A DNA stretch of 64,000 bases from Balanoglossus misakiensis (lineage: Eukaryota > Animalia > Hemichordata), in assembly GCA_040954595.2 (NCBI GenBank), contig CM082585.2, positions 4,179,358 through 4,243,357 of the forward strand, written 5' to 3'. Below the pieces are notes generated by a model. The model was not told the DNA's origin. It ran no database searches and saw only the letters and a list, made by a program, of their open reading frames with translations. The translations under genes were made by a program, and so were the position numbers. This document shows, piece after piece, positions 24,549 through 36,688 of the stretch (positions within the stretch are counted from its first letter, which is position 1; each line of letters starts with the position of its first letter).

Positions 24549-26158
24549 GGCAGCAGTTGCTTTGATTCTGTTACCGTTCAATTAGGATTCAAGATAGTCG
24601 AGTTACTTTGTCTGCTAGTTTGGTATAGATAAATCCAAAAGTCTTCAGATCTATTAAGGTGGAGAGACATATATGAAAACATGTGCGATTAGCCCAACAA
24701 GTATTCTAGTCATATCAATATGCCATACCTATAATGTAAATGATCAGAGAGAAGCATCGCTTTGTAAAGAACTCGTTTTTTTAAACTCAAAGACCGACAG
24801 AGAAAGCGTTTTAATCACAAGAAGGTGAACTATGACACTGTCACCGCACACTGACAAATATAACCGTTCAGGTTGTAGTTGGAATAGGTAAAGACTGTAA
24901 TCAACTGTGTTACGCATGTAACTAAAAATACGTGTTGAGCCACATGACAACATTCGACGAAAATTTGTGAACGAAATTCAAAGAAATGACCCGAAATCAA
25001 GCATCGGAATTACATGATATACAGTCTTCGAACCTCGCTCTCACGCAACAGGTTGGCTACAAATGATTCACTCATAGTCATACACTCTGCAGTACTCCAG
25101 AATGAGTACAAAATAGCACGTTCGTGTTTAGTTATTTCCGAGGTTTGCATTGTGTCCTCCCCTCCTCCTGTTAATCAATAGCATTGGACATGTTGGATAA
25201 ACGTGGGTTTGAAGTAGGTTTGGTTAAACGATTATGAGCGACCCCCCCCCCCCCCTTGTGGACGGTGTATAATACTTGACGTACGAAGACGTGTCCCGGG
25301 CGACGAGGTGCGCTGGAGTGTACAGACGATGGACAAAATCGACCGTTTAGAATTCGGACAGTCGGCCCAAGTCATGAAACCAAAGATCTCATAAATAAAA
25401 CAGTTTTCAGGGGTTTTACTAGGCGTAATGGGACCGAACGATCAAACGTGTCACACCGGGGAAAACCCCAACGAGAAAAACCTGGCTTTGCGCGCGCAGT
25501 CGCCTAAATAAGACGTTGTTTATTGCCTTTATCTCGCTGTTCTGCACCATTAAAAATCATTTGAAAATGTGTTTTAACATTTATACTTAAACTGAATTTA
25601 TTATATTTCACTTCTTACGTTAACAGCCAACTGCACAATATATAACACTGTTCACAGACTTTGCGAAATGCGTAGACTATAACGTCGCGGTGTGTATGGC
25701 ACGGTTTATTAAAGATTTTTCATGAAAAAAAATGAAAAGACTAAACAAAAGCAAAACGAAATGAAACAAAAGAAATAACAAAGGAGGGGATGAAAACCAA
25801 CTATCTTGGTCGGTAGGGAAATGCAAAAAAAAAAAAAAAAAAGAACAAAACAACAAAACAACAACAACAACACATAACAGCGTTTTCGGAGGTCCCATGT
25901 CAAACAACTACGAGTACCGGTAGTCAAGATACAGGTGTGTACATGCTACCGTGGGCGTTGGAGAGTCAAAGGTGCTATCGACATTATACAATTCTACGTG
26001 CGTCATGTTGCTGTTTGTTTGCATTGATTTATAGTTTATATAAACCGCCTCGCCTCTGAGACATTTTATCTTCACAAATCAGCCTTTTTTCAGCACAGGA
26101 AATGCACATTCGAGTAGCTGCTGGCAATAGGCCTTGAGGAGTTGGTGTTTTCTGTCCA

Positions 26159-28542
26159 TATTTGGTGTACACACGGTCACGCTATCGGTCAGTTGCTATA
26201 GCAACAGGTGGCAGTTGGAGTTGTGTCAGGATATATATGAAGATCATGCGTTGACAGGTCGCTTTGGAGGGCTTGGGTAAAATCCTAACTGTAAAAAAAA
26301 AGCGCGACGCTTCAATGCAATTCTTCGCGTTTCGTTTCAGTACACAATCTAAGCTTCTTTGCAAATCTCTCAAATTTGGGCCATTCTCACATACGTACTG
26401 CTAAATGCGCCTGAACTTCAGTAACTTCTGGAAAGTCAGAGCCTCGAGTCTGTTTGTTTTCTTTATTTCATAAAATCTCGCCGGAAAGAAATTCATTTCT
26501 GTTGCCATCCGGAACTGACCCTGTTGCTTTCCTTCTGGCGCTTAGTCTCAAATACAAAATTGCAGTGACCATTTTACTGGCCTTCTGGAATATTTCCCTG
26601 GGACCCACCACCTGGTACATTTATCTTTCCAAATTACAGTTACTATACGAAGCTTACAAACGTGAAATGTTTCAGTCGCCGGAAATTTTGCTCGGGTGCA
26701 GTTGTTTGCAGCTTTTTATATCCGACACGATAGTTATGGAACCCCTTTTTGTTCCGAGTCGTTATCTCCAGTGATTGAGTTTGTTTTTCAACAGACAGCA
26801 AATGATCAAGAAATCTTCGTAAATAAATTGTTTTATAATATACCTCATGCTAATACCGTGATTCGCCAGAATCCGTCACGTGATAGGAAAATAGAATCGA
26901 CTATGAACCGCTAGGTAAATAGCAGAAAAAATATAAACCGGTCACGTGACCAACGTGGTCACGTCAATCAGCGTCGCGTCGTCTGACACAATGGCCACCG
27001 CTGAAGATGTCGTCTGCCAGCCTCAAGAGAAAATTGCAAGATTTTCCCAGCTGTTAGCATGAGGTTTATTATAAAACACCTGTAGCCTGGCCTATATTCG
27101 GGCCATAGCAGCCGTTTTTACCCCCTCGTGACTGTGAGTTACCAGAATCATATGCTATTTCCCTCGGCCTGCGGCCTCGGGAAATAGCATATGATTCTGG
27201 TAACTCACAGCCCCTCGGGTGTAATAAACGGCCGCTATTGCCCTCATGGCCAGGCAATAGGTGTTCAATATAAAATGTTATATTGTTACTATACTTCCTG
27301 CATATTACTTCTCTGAAAATGTTCCGAGTAAGAAAATATCTTTGTGTTCGTCAGAGATCTTGCCTTCTCAGCTAAAAATACAAATTGTAGTGCGGAAAAA
27401 CAGTAACGATAGCATGCACCGACAAGTGACTATTTGGCTAATTAATTTCGACCCCGACAGTTCTGTTTGCGTTCTGCAGACCTGAAACAAATAGACCTTC
27501 TCACTGGTCAATTGCACTCCGCACTCTAGGAACAGGTGTGCAACGTAGATGCCCCCAAATCTTTACGTTGACCTCCAATCCCTGGGTGCCTACCCTATAA
27601 TGTTTGTCCTTATCCCAGACGTATCTCTAAATTAGGCTATTCTCGTAAATTGCAATTGCATGACCTGGCATGGCATCCCCTGATACATTTGCATAAATTA
27701 CTGAATTAAATGAACACACACAACAAAATTGGATTCTTAAAAATGAAATCTTTATTTTATCATATAACATTCCATTATCTCAAGCACTGTTGAAATCATG
27801 CAAATAAAATACAAAATCTGTGCTAAATTATATAAGAAGGTATTCATTCTAGTTTTTATGAAAACACACTGTTTTACCATAGATAGTAGAGCGAGAATAC
27901 AGACATTATTTTGATGTAGGCCTACTGTCTAATTTACAAATCTTGGAAAAATGAATTGACATATGCATTGAGTAACAAATAAGAAACCAGTGTAATATGA
28001 TATAAAACAATAAAAAGAGGCTTTTGGGCTTTGTGATATTGCATCATAGAAAGGGTGGGTCGAACAACAACGAACCATCAACTATAGGTACTTATCAAAG
28101 AAAAAAAATATATTTACAAAAGTCACAGATCAGAATACAAGTCTGATGAACAAAGAAAACTTTAAGTACAATATGACTTTGTCATGCTTTTCTACATGAT
28201 AAGACATTTCAAGAGCTTATTTTCAATCTTTCAGACCCCCTCAGAATATCAAATGGTCCAACCCTAATGATATTCTGCAACGGAATGTGCCCAGATTACT
28301 CATATCATTCATTTGTCTTTATCATAAAGCAACAGTTGCTGAAATTTGCTGTGGTTGTTTAACTTTCGTTATGCTTCAAAAAGTTAATGGCTATTCTTAA
28401 TGTACATACTGCTTTAGGTATTAGTGTCAACATACCACGTTTAATACCACATACAGCTTCATAGTGAATTGTTTTGGGGCTTTGGGTCAGGTTGATACCC
28501 TCTTTAATGACCAAAAGGTTTGATTTCGGCAGAGTTGACATC
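26159..28542 (-). repeat. Inverted copy of 12921-14868 (includes the Crypton relic at ~26310-26800) carrying an extra 435-bp insertion
   Basis: Reverse-complement identity on both sides of 26839-27273. Confidence 0.95.
26833..27273. mobile_element. Non-autonomous Crypton-like element inserted at an ATATAA hexamer
   Basis: Absent from the twin segment (~14190). TTATAA on the left, ATATAA on the right and an internal TTATAA. Inverted repeat acctcatgcta/tagcatgaggt. Long hairpin centred on ggcctgcggcc, the same core as the Crypton hairpin at 39243-39253. Confidence 0.75.
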
Positions 28543-28562
28543 TCAGACATAAGGGGGGGGGG

Positions 28563-29745
28563 GGGGTTACACGTGCCTGTTTACTCCGGACCTGACACTG
28601 GATTAAATTTAACCCGGTGTCAGTTTGACGTGTGACCAGACAACTCCGGACTAACACCGCATTAAAATAATCCGGAGTCGGAGGGGTGGTTCAGGTACGG
28701 TGCGCCGTCTTAAAAGAGAGGTTTAGTTACACGTAAATACGCGTACGTCTGACGGCAGGCAGTGGCGTTCGCGTATGCGTAGCGACGCGTGAATTTTGCG
28801 GTTTAGTTGTCCGTTTTGAATAACAACAACAGTTAAAAACAATAGAAAACTCAAATATTTTTCACTTCAATAAATTTTGTGTGTGATGAATATTCTCTAA
28901 GATCACCACCCTTGCAATAAGTTTCTTGACTGCAGTGGAAAGATAGTTTAGTGAAGTTTTTCGATGTCTTTGTAGAGGCGTCCACTGAAAACGTAGTTTG
29001 GGAATACATTTTTGTGTTTATGTTTTGAAAACACCAAATAGCGCCGGTTTTAGCACATATGGCAGATTTTTTTAGATAACATGGATGCTGGCTACATCAC
29101 AATTGCACTGCAGAGATCAATCGCTCAAATTAAAGAGAGAATATCGAGAAATTCCGAAAAAATGTTACACGTAATCATGATTACGCGTAGAAGTGTCGCT
29201 TGCCGTTCCGAACGTCTGTTCTACGCGTACGCGACCTCTGCTTATCACGTGACAATGACGCTACGTGTACTGATCGAACGTATTTACGTGTAACTAAACC
29301 TCTCTAATCAATGACCTCTTCACACGTGTGACCCGATCGCCGAACTAAACACCGCACTAAATCTTGTCTTCCGGCTCGCGGTCATTACCACGATGGACAG
29401 CGTTCAAGCAAGATGATCTTAAAATGAGTGGGATGTCGACATCAGGCGGGGTTAGGCCGTCAAAATTCTCTCCTAGTAAATATCTTCGCCGAAAGCGTCT
29501 CGATTGATTGATTGAACACAAAAAGAGCGCCGAGAACAGCTGTGCGATGTTTACATCGGCCATTTTGGCGATTGTGGTTAAGTTGAGTTAGCCCAGTGAA
29601 TACCGCTGAGGGCGCTTGACCCGAACTAAATTTAGAGCTTGTAAATTGACGTGTAAACGAGCGTTCTCCTAAGTCGCTGATAAGGAATGTTTACAGAGCG
29701 ACAAATCCGATCAACTCAGGTTTAAAATTATTCACGTGTAACCCC
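28563..29745. mobile_element. PIF/Harbinger-like MITE (TIR ggggttacacgtg) abutting the NLR 3' end
   Basis: ggggttacacgtg at 28563-28575 and cacgtgtaacccc at 29733-29745. The flanks do not form a matching TSD. Confidence 0.65.
28715..29305. mobile_element. Nested MITE with a perfect 27-bp TIR (Harbinger-like)
   Basis: agagaggtttagttacacgtaaatacg ... cgtatttacgtgtaactaaacctctct. Confidence 0.8.
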
Positions 29746-32700
29746 AGCATATCATGTCATTTATTCCATAACCAATATTTGATAAAATTACTATCGTATA
29801 TGAATGAATGCTGATAGTCTTAGCCTTCTTAAGGAGAGTGCTGACATATGACCGGATACCATCACACATTGATAGCTCAGTAATGAAGACCTTTAGTAGG
29901 AAATGTTTCATTCTTCTAGACCATTGCTGGTTTGGTATCAAACAGGTCCAATCAGAAGCTTCCCATTTACACAAGGCTAAAGATAAGTATTCTACATATC
30001 TGACTTGCCTTGTGAGAATCAATGCATTTGCCAGGTTGTGAGAAAGCGCATCAGTTTCAAATTCTGTCACACTGCTACATGTATTCAATACCTCCACAAG
30101 ATTCTCAGTGTCATCAGCTGTCTCTATGAGATAATACCCCTGGATGCAAATAGAATTTAACACTGGACTGGAAGATTTCAAAGATAGGAACCATTTTGGC
30201 ATAGCTAATTTTTGAAGGCAAAGCAACATGAACTTTCTTGTTTGTTTACAGTTTTGGATAAACCGACTTAGTGAATAAATATGTGCATCATTCATAGCAA
30301 TGTCTAATACTACAGAAACACACTCTGGACAATTTTCTATAAGTTTATCAAGTGGTAATGGGACCTCTTGGCACTGACACTCTACACCCCACTGAAAATT
30401 TTGCAAATGTTTGTTGGAACTAACACTTTGGAATAAATGAGTGACAGCCTGGGCACATGTTTCTGTGTTCACCAGTTCATCTCCATCTAATGACAACATT
30501 CCATTCAAGGTATTCAAATGCCATCCTCTGTTCAATGCATTCGCTATTTGCTGAATTGATTCTATGGTTCTAAAATACAATGCCACTGATGTTAAACTAA
30601 TACAATGTTCAGTTATTTCCTTAATTATCTGTGTGAAGAAATGTGATATGTCAAAATTCACTAAATATAAATGTTTGATGCATTGAACACTGTCATTGTT
30701 CTGGGCCATGCTATTCAATAGACTAATTACCTGCCCAAACATTTTTTGGCTAAGTGTACATACACCATACTCATGGCTACACTCTATGGCATTGCTTGCC
30801 TGATTGAATATATTATAATAAGACCATTCAATATCAATATTATAACCAATTTCACTATTATCTAGTACCAAATGATTTGGCATAAATGTTGCTAGGTATT
30901 CAATTGTGATATTGGCTTCAAATAAACACTTGCAAATGAATGCAAATTGATTACTGATGTCAAAGTAACCCTGGCTACTATACTTACTCTGCATTGTCTT
31001 CTCAATCAGAACTTTCATAAAAGGGTCTGCTTTCTGTTTTAATATGCCAGCAACAAACAGGCAAACCTGTTTTACTCTTATAATACTTTCAATGCCAGGT
31101 TCTGATCCATTACTACCAACAATCTTGCTGATATCCAATGCAGTGAAATATTCAAGCCAGGTTTTATGGTAGAAAAAGCAACCAGTCTGCAACTTGATTC
31201 TAGAAATTCCAGTATCTCTCACTAGTAAGCCAAGTGACAGAATTGTTTTGCTGACAGACTTTTCATCTATCATCATATACCCTTGTGAACACACATCATA
31301 TGCAACACTAGCTAATGCAGCCACTTCATCATTTACATCATTCGGTATTTGGTAAACACAACACTAAATTTTGGTTTTGTTCAATGTAGCCATAAAGATC
31401 CTCTTTCTTGATTTTGGCATCCCTAGGAAGCAACTGATGGAAAATGATTTCATCTAATCTCTTCTTGTCAGAAACATGTCTCATTTCTAAGAGAAACAAG
31501 AGTTTGAATTGGGGTAGTTTGCCCTGTGCCCAATCATATGCTAGCTTCCTACAGAATGTTGACTTTCCCATTACCGGAGCCCCTTCAATTCTGATTCGAC
31601 TGCAAATTAACTGCGGATCTGTCTCTTTAAAAATGTCATGCTCACTTGTGAGGACACTCCCTTCTTCAAAAAGTTGTCTTCTGTCAGTTTTGATAACTCT
31701 CAGGTTCGTGTAGACTTCAGTGAGGCTTAGAGATACACTTTCGTTCCATGGAATTGGTCTGAAATCATTGAAGTGTCTTGTATACTTTTGTTGTAAATAT
31801 TCTATCAACCAATGTATGCTTCCTGAAACCATAATTGGGAAGAAAAAAGAAGCATGAAAATGATGAATGACATCACAGTACTCACACTTCATGCAAGATC
31901 GATTCATGAGGGATTACAAAAAATAATGTTATCAAGTCAGGATTTTAGAATATTGCCCCTCCTGTCAATATAGTTAAGCAGTGAACATACTAGAATAAAC
32001 AGTACCCTGGCATGCTGCGATTGCAACTGAGGTCATAGGTTGCACATATGGCGGAATCTTTCAATCAATGGCAATGCGTCCATGTAAAATGTCTGTAATC
32101 TATGATAAATAGCATTTTGGTTACCTGATACACTTTCTGGCTGATAGGGAGTGATCAGTTCAATCAGATCATATCTCCCAATTCTACGAAGCAATTCAGT
32201 CAGCAAATCTGTTTTGTCTTCTCTAATGAAATTTTTGACAAGTAACTTTTCAAACAACTCTCTAGCATGTTGAATTCCTTCAATTTCTCCTTTTGGTATC
32301 CCTACTGGCTTCATGTCTATGCATAGGAATTTCATGGATTCAATGTTATCTGTAATGATAATTTACACAACAAATTATTAACACTTAACATGTTTAAGTT
32401 TCGGTCACAGAACTTGTAGTTGTAATAAATCTACCAAGTTTTCTTTTAGAACCTTCTTATATTTTGTGTGTAAGCCCTATCATTTTACACTATCAATTAT
32501 TGTAAATAGCAATTTTATGTCATTTTACAGTAATTATTTTGGTGCCACTCAGTACCGGGCGAAACAAGCATTTGAACATGTCAGGCATACCGTAATTAAA
32601 GTTCGCACACTTATTTATATAGTATTCCATAATGTGTGAAGAAACTTAATACTTGTTAGAAGTATAGAGGTTACATCAATATAGAGGTATCAGTATTACA

Positions 32701-35599
32701 AAAAAATAGCGTCAAGGACACTGTGGTCCCATTTGAGGATTATGCGGAAACAGTGACACACCAGAATAAAAATTACAGGTGACATTGCAAGCAGATATGA
32801 TCTTACGATATAGAAATATGGAATGTAAAAAAATTAACAAGGAACATGCCCAATAAACTATCGTGTCATGGCAGTCTTACAAGTGGTGCTAGAAAAAAAA
32901 TGACCAGAAATTGTCTGTACAAACACATATGACAAACAACTTCTTTCAGTCAGCCCTCAAACAGACAGACAGACAGACACACACTGACCTGCCACTGGTA
33001 AATAAAAATTTAATAGCCGGTGGTCTCTGTAACAGCTGGCCTATTAAAGTAATGTAAACATGTGTAAGTTGGGGGTAACAACTCCTTGTAAACAGTAACT
33101 TTCAAAACAACTGGACAATTGGTTTAGGAGAAGATTTGCTAACCAAAAACAAAGAAACTTACAAAAAAACTCGCTAAATATTGAATATTTCTGATATCAG
33201 AATTGAATAAAAGTTGCACATATACATGTATGTGTTTTGAAATTATATCCTATATTTCAAGGCAATCAGAGAAAAAACAAATTTCAAAGCAATCCAACAA
33301 GCAGTTTCACAGAAAATTTTTGTTCAAAAGTGGCAAAAACACAAATATGCAAATATCACCAAAATTGTACAATATCTTACTTCAATCACTACAAGGAACA
33401 TGCTGCCAAAGTTCAATGCAATATGACAAGCCGTTTCAGAGAAAACAATATTTGACAAAAATTGCAAACATTTCCCCGATAACACATTTATGAAAATATA
33501 ACATTTTTTTACAACATATTACTTAGGTTACCCCTACGAACATGCCTACCAAATTGCAAAGCAATCTGGCATGCGGTTTGAAAGAAAAAAAAAATTGACC
33601 AAAAATGGCAAATATTGCTCAAAATTATAAATATGCAAATTTTGCAACAATTTTAACAAAACTATGGACAAAACTATGGTTACTCAGACAACCATTAGGA
33701 AGCTTCATACTAAATTTCAAAGAAGTAAGCCCATCACTTTCAGAAATGAAGACTTTTTACCAATGACATGGAAGAATAAAAAAAAATGCATAAAACATAG
33801 GAAATCAATAATATTAGCTCGAAACATACAGGACTGTATGAGGTTGACATAAGGTACATGCATACCAATTGTCAATATGACCAGTGGTTGTTGAGTTTTT
33901 GAGTTTTGACCAATTTCACATTTTCCCAGCTAATTTGCATATTTTTGGCAATGACAACTTCGTTTGATCAAACTCCCATCTACAGCCCTGCCTTCATCTA
34001 CACACCAAATATCGAGGTCATACGCGCAGCGGTTTTAAAGTTTTTGATGTGGACGGACATACAGACATACATCCATCCATACATCCATCCATCCATACAT
34101 ACATTCATACATACATACAGACGCAACCGATCCCATAAGGTCTCATGGTACATACCAATGGGACCTAAAAACACACGCAGGAACCTACTGGGAATATGGT
34201 ATTACTAAATCAAAATAGTACCTATTACACATCTCTAGGGATGGTAAGTGAAGTTGACCATTCACATATGGCTATTAAACACTTAACATTGTTTTACTGG
34301 CAGACCTGCCACAGTCATGTGCAATTACGCCAATAATCTGATTGTTGGTTGCATGGGAATATAAAAACATTTTTAACAGTTTACCAATTAGTATATACAT
34401 TATGTAATACTATCATCACAATAATTGTGAAAGTCAACTTACCCTGTCCTAATTCTGTTGCTATTCTGTGAAGTAATCCACGAAAACGGGTTATTGATGC
34501 ATAACTGCCACCCTGTATCAGCATGTCCCCTTTAAGATTGAAATGTGTAGAAATACACACATTTTACAAAAGATTCTTCTATTTTATTCCATAATATGTT
34601 GCAGCAAAAGCATTTGAAGTGGGGCTTTTTCTTTTCACTTTTAATTCGTGACCAAACCTGGTATAGAACACAGTGACTATTATTCTTCAAAATATAATTT
34701 TGAAGCTTTTATGACTTCTTTGTGTGTATTACATCTGTAAAACTGCTTTGTTTACAAATTTACAAGACAAACAACTTTGGATGGTACTATAGGTGGAGTC
34801 CTGAAAGTGAACATTGATTTGGTTTATTAGTTACTAAAAGTTCATGTGTGTGTATTGTGCGCTGCCTTATGTGACGTTCATTGTTTTTAACATGTTCAAT
34901 TTTTTACTTTAAAGTATAATTAATTTTCAGATTGTCATTCTTGGAATTCTTCCTCTCAAAATTTGGCTGGCTACTTTTGAACTTATAACTACACTCTTGA
35001 ATAAGTTGTTTACCTGTGCATGCTTCCTGTACACTCAATGGCTGTATTTCATGGGCCCATTCAGAAAGTTGTTGTGTCAACCAATTTGTATATTCATGGT
35101 TATATTTCACATTGCTTAACACTGCGTCATAATGCCCAGTACTGAGCCAACTGATGTAGATATCACGTGTAGGACTATCAGCATGTCTTGGACTTTGTAA
35201 CAGAAATGTTGGTTCATCCCCACTGTCCGTACCACCAACCAATACACGTATATTAACACACACACAGCGGCTTAAAGCAGCAATTTCTGTTAACCCAGCC
35301 CACACACCATCCATGGCAGCTCTTTGCAGGAAAACTTCTGGATCTCCTTCGATATCCTGCTGGAACTGAGGAAAGTTTTGTCTGATATAGTTCACAGCCT
35401 CTTGTCTGAGACTGTCATGATTAGTCTGATCGCCGTACAAGGATTCTGCAATGGCACGATATAGGCAGTTTCCATCTGGAATAATGTCATATCTGTACAA
35501 AACATTGCTTTGTAAGAATGCATCCCGTACTTCCTGTTCTAGGACTGTTTTGTTACTTTTAATTTTTTGGCACAGGGTTTTGATGGATTCTTTAGGTGT
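29732..35599 (-). pseudogene. NLR with OTUD1-like deubiquitinase - DED - NACHT - divergent LRR-like region; NACHT has an internal deletion and frameshift; start codon unresolved
   Basis: Exons 35599-35014 (IIPDGNCLYRA..DGVWAG..SWLSTGHYDAV), 34529-34443 (FRGLLHRIATELGQ), 32349-32125 (MKFLC..IGRYDLI) and 31822 onward (EGAPVMGKST..LAYDW) are joined by phase-1 GT/AG introns. Near 31357 the frame jumps directly to winged-helix sequence (GLL..FYHKTWLEYFTA), so Walker B/HD1 is missing. Confidence 0.85.
32701..34171 (+). mobile_element. Helentron-associated non-autonomous element (HINE) in an NLR intron
   Basis: Starts aaaatagcgtcaaggacac..ggtccca and ends atcccataaggtc..tgggacctaaaa. Contains (CATC/CATA)n and (CAGA)n microsatellites. 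Same family as 10567-11185. Confidence 0.7.
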
Positions 35600-36688
35600 C
35601 TGCAGTACATAACAAATCTCTGTAAAATACACATAAGAGACATATACCTGTAAACAAATCTATGCGTGGCTATCAGTTACATGTACATGTACTTAAAGCT
35701 GTAAGTTTTTTTAAAGTTGTCCGAAAATATTTTCATAACAGTAGATTTGTAAAGTAAATCTGAGTTATTCTTGGAGGCCTTATCAAACTTTCAAACGTTT
35801 CTGCAGGAAAAAAATATTCTTCTTCTTCAAAATTTACAGACTGACCAAATGTATAAGACAAGTTGAGGCAATGATGGATGAACCTGCAAAAATGTGAATT
35901 ATGGAACTCAACTAAACACATGGCGTCTGACCCAGTCCACCCTATCCACATAAGGGACCGTTAGTTTTTACGGCCGGGGGGGGGGGGGCGGCAGGGGGGG
36001 GGGTCACTTAAATTTTGAAGTCCACAAGGGGGGCGTCATCTGTTTTTTTTAAACGTTTAGGGGAGGGGTCACATACTTTTGCCACCGAACTTTTGCTTTT
36101 GAGTCCACAAAATTGCAGTTTCGCACCCTTTATTTTACAAAATTTTCTAACCCACCCCCTCCATTCTTCGCCACATTGCATTTATTCACTGCTTTGTCTA
36201 GTGTACCAGGGAAGACTTCTTGCCACCCCACCCTGATGCTTACTTTAAGTGGAGTGCCAAAAATAAAATTTGTCCTCCCTAACATTTAGTTAATTTGCTT
36301 TTGAGTTCATTAAATTGCAACTTTGAGCACCGTATTTTACAAAATTTTCTTATGTGGGAGGGGGACACCCCTCCCACGCCCACCACTTTTCTTGGTTTAC
36401 CGATTCCAGCAACTATTGTATTGACTTGTCATTTTAATTTGTTCATAGATTTCTTTATCCCAACAATATACTATTATATACTTCAATAATACTTTAAGAA
36501 ATATATAATTGAGGTGTAAGGAGCCTCATTCCCTTTATTGCATACAGTGTACATAGTATCAGGACGGGGAACTTGTACTTATGATGAACAAATTTAATCA
36601 CACTTCAGCGAATACCATGAGAACAAACGCAATAATAGTGGACGAACTTCAAGAAAAACAGATCTTTGCTGTTCAAGTTTCTGTATAA

